Positions 18,037 through 19,816 of a DNA stretch of 19,816 nucleotides are shown piece by piece (position 1 is the stretch's first letter; every line of letters starts with the position of its first letter). The stretch comes from an uncultured Gemmatimonadota bacterium. Its GTDB lineage: Bacteria > SM23-81. Both the position numbers and the translations under genes were made by a program. The notes below the pieces were generated by a model. The model was not told the DNA's origin, did not search any database, and saw only the letters and a list, made by a program, of their open reading frames with translations. The DNA lies in contig CAZOYL010000037.1 of NCBI GenBank assembly GCA_964584035.1, forward strand, positions 1 to 19,816, given 5' to 3'.

Positions 18037-18081
18037 TCCGGCTCGCCGAATAGAACCTGAACGCCGATCGAGGGATTCTTG

Positions 18082-18654
18082 ATGCTGTCCGACCAGCATA
18101 CGTCTGAAAAGCATACGTCTGGAAACCATATGCCTGAAAACCCACCACGTGAAGAACAATCGTCTAAAGACCACGATTCGGACCTTCGGATCGTCACCTA
18201 TCCGGCCGATGTGCTGGCCGGTAAAAGCCAGCCGGTGACCCGGGTCGATGGCCGGGTGGTTTCTCTGGCTCGAGGCATGGCCAGTCTCATGGTGACATCC
18301 CAGGGGATCGGCCTGGCGGCGCCGCAGGTGGGTGTGGCCCGGCGGATCATTACGGCCAACGTGGGCGACGGATGTATCTATCTGATCAATCCGGTGATCA
18401 TCGAGCGGCACGGAAAAGCCCGCATGGAAGAGGGCTGCCTGAGCTGCCCGGGCGTCTCCGCCGTGGTCGATCGCGACGAACGGATTCTGATCCGAGGACT
18501 CGATCTGGACGGAAACGAGGTCTCCCTTGAGGCCGAGGGGCTCAAAGCCCGCGTGCTGCAGCATGAGATCGACCATCTGGAGGGCGTGCTGATCATCGAT
18601 AAATTGCCCTGGCTGGATCGCATCATGGCGCAACGAAAGCTGCGGGGGCACTGA
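18082..18654 (+). CDS. def: Peptide deformylase with a repeat-derived N-terminal extension
   Basis: All three signature motifs: GIGLAAPQVG, EEGCLS and QHEIDHLEG. Start could be TTG 18079, ATG 18082 or ATG 18130. Confidence 0.94.
   Translation: MLSDQHTSEKHTSGNHMPENPPREEQSSKDHDSDLRIVTYPADVLAGKSQPVTRVDGRVVSLARGMASLMVTSQGIGLAAPQVGVARRIITANVGDGCIYLINPVIIERHGKARMEEGCLSCPGVSAVVDRDERILIRGLDLDGNEVSLEAEGLKARVLQHEIDHLEGVLIIDKLPWLDRIMAQRKLRGH
18086..18175 (+). repeat. Degenerate 15-bp tandem array (6 units) at the def 5' end
   Basis: TGTCCGACCAGCATA / CGTCTGAAAAGCATA / CGTCTGGAAACCATA / TGCCTGAAAACCCAC / CACGTGAAGAACAAT / CGTCTAAAGACCACG. Confidence 0.8.
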
Positions 18655-18669
18655 CACGGGGCGAAGCTG

Positions 18670-19101
18670 GTGACAGACGTGAATCCGGGCAGCTATGATT
18701 ATTTCGAGCACCAGGCGGATATGGGCATCGAGGGTCGCGGACCGACCCCGGAGGAAGCATTTGCGCAGGCGGCCCGGGCGCTGTTCAACTTGATGGTGAA
18801 CATCGAGCGGGTGCGTCCACTTCACAAAGTGACCATCCGCTGTCAGGCTTATGATCAGGCCGAGCTGCTGGTGGAATGGCTCAATGGGTTGCTGGCCGAA
18901 GCCGATGTCCGGCATATGGGCTTTGGAAAATTTCAGGTAAAATTTTCGGGACAGAACGAACTGCTGGGCGAGGCCTGGGGGGAACCATTGGATCCCCGGC
19001 GGCATGATCCCAAAACGGAGGTCAAGGCGGCCACCTACTCGATGGTATTCGTGGGGTGTGAGGGGCCTGAGCACGTGGTACGCTGTGTGGTTGATCTGTG
19101 A
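18670..19101 (+). CDS. Archease (RtcB activator)
   Basis: YDYFEHQADMGI, LLVEWLN.LL, GEAWGE and EVKAATY motifs with terminal VVDL; directly upstream of rtcB. Confidence 0.92.
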   Translation: MTDVNPGSYDYFEHQADMGIEGRGPTPEEAFAQAARALFNLMVNIERVRPLHKVTIRCQAYDQAELLVEWLNGLLAEADVRHMGFGKFQVKFSGQNELLGEAWGEPLDPRRHDPKTEVKAATYSMVFVGCEGPEHVVRCVVDL

Positions 19102-19137
19102 GCCGCCTGAGATTTCAGAACCGGGAGATATCGTCGC

Positions 19138-19816
19138 TTGGATCTAAATCTGCTGCAAAAACAGAAAGAATATCAGTGGATTATACCTCGATCGGGGGCC
19201 ATGAACGTTCCCGGTCAGATCTTCGCCAGTAAATCTCTGATCGAGGAGATGGATCATAAGGTCTACGAGCAGGTCGGCAATGTAGCCTGTCTGCCCGGGA
19301 TTCAACGATTTTCCATTGCCATGCCCGACGCGCACTGGGGCTATGGATTCCCCATCGGCGGTGTGGCGGCTTTTGATCCTCAGGCGGGTGGGGTCGTTTC
19401 CGTAGGGGGTGTGGGTTTTGACGTCAACTGCGGAGTGCGGACTCTGAAGACCGGGATCGCCTGGGAGGATATGAAGCCCCATCTCAGATCACTGGTCGAT
19501 ACGCTGTTTGCCATTGTCCCTGCCGGCATGGGTTCCAGAGGAGAGATCACCCTGTCCGGTGCCCAGGTGGAAGATGTGCTCAGGAAGGGTTCCCGATGGG
19601 TTGTCTCACGGGGTTATGGTATCAAGGAGGATCTGGAGCTCACCGAGGACGGGGGCATGGTGCCGGGAGCCGATCCGTCGGCCGTTAGCGACCTAGCCTT
19701 GAAGAGAGAACGCCGCCAGGTGGGAACACTGGGTTCCGGGAATCATTATCTGGAGATCCAGCGAGTCGCCGAGGTTTACGATGCCGATGCGGCCGGCGCC
19801 TTCGGCCTGGCCCTGG
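19138..19816 (+). CDS. rtcB: RtcB RNA ligase (3'-phosphate/5'-OH), archaeal-like type; runs off the window end
   Basis: Translated by hand from TTG 19138 (RBS GGGAG): ...AMPDAHWGYGFPIGGVAAFD...GGVGFDVNCGVR...QVGTLGSGNHYLEIQ, with no stop codon before 19816. Confidence 0.95.
   Translation, partial: MDLNLLQKQKEYQWIIPRSGAMNVPGQIFASKSLIEEMDHKVYEQVGNVACLPGIQRFSIAMPDAHWGYGFPIGGVAAFDPQAGGVVSVGGVGFDVNCGVRTLKTGIAWEDMKPHLRSLVDTLFAIVPAGMGSRGEITLSGAQVEDVLRKGSRWVVSRGYGIKEDLELTEDGGMVPGADPSAVSDLALKRERRQVGTLGSGNHYLEIQRVAEVYDADAAGAFGLAL

Noticed and set aside
18040..18078. GAACCTGA...CGAGGGA resembling the 3' half of a TPP riboswitch
   Set aside because: The CTGAGA element and the P5 loop are missing, the stretch is too short, and it lies before def rather than thiC.
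13765..19074. Long minus-strand ORFs (13765-15009, 16355-17422, 17698-19074; likewise 2447-3151, 5379-6155, 9627-10526, 12092-12811)
   Set aside because: They lie antisense to well-supported genes, have no recognisable motifs, and are expected shadows of GC-rich codon usage.
19410..19445. Possible intein at the RtcB Asn/Cys insertion site
   Set aside because: FDVNCGVR is contiguous and the downstream RtcB motifs follow at normal spacing.
13184..19816. PLD nuclease + HAD phosphatase + archease/RtcB as one RNA break-and-repair or defence system
   Set aside because: The PLD protein is a predicted exported lipoprotein, the genes are separated by unrelated metabolic genes, and RtcB does not need end-healing.

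Overview
GC-rich chromosomal window from a diderm bacterium, judged from three outer-membrane beta-barrel genes ending in Phe, two lipoproteins and TatA. The lipoprotein/FadL pair and the TonB-dependent receptor architecture resemble FCB-related lineages (inference only). Almost all genes lie on the + strand: nadB (3' part), a YjbH-like barrel, a lipoprotein plus FadL-like barrel, ecfT-truA-tal-htrA-DUF4321-tatA-radical SAM, a TonB-dependent receptor, then a long run of M42 peptidase, PLD lipoprotein, DUF362, thiamine-binding protein, HAD hydrolase, thiC, panD, def, archease and rtcB. The rtcB gene runs off the window and is missing from the ORF track. One small membrane-protein gene with its own promoter and terminator lies on the - strand. 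I found no mobile element, CRISPR array or RNA gene. The most unusual signal is a family of degenerate 15-bp-period tandem arrays in or next to three unrelated genes (radical SAM, HAD, def). Two of them share DNA motifs in different reading frames, which suggests a DNA-level repeat element that adds pentapeptide inserts to proteins. Other points of interest are a 14-aa-repeat basic tail on ThiC, a PanD with substitutions near the active site, an orphan ecfT, a terminator-like hairpin abutting the TonB receptor start, and an archease-RtcB pair.
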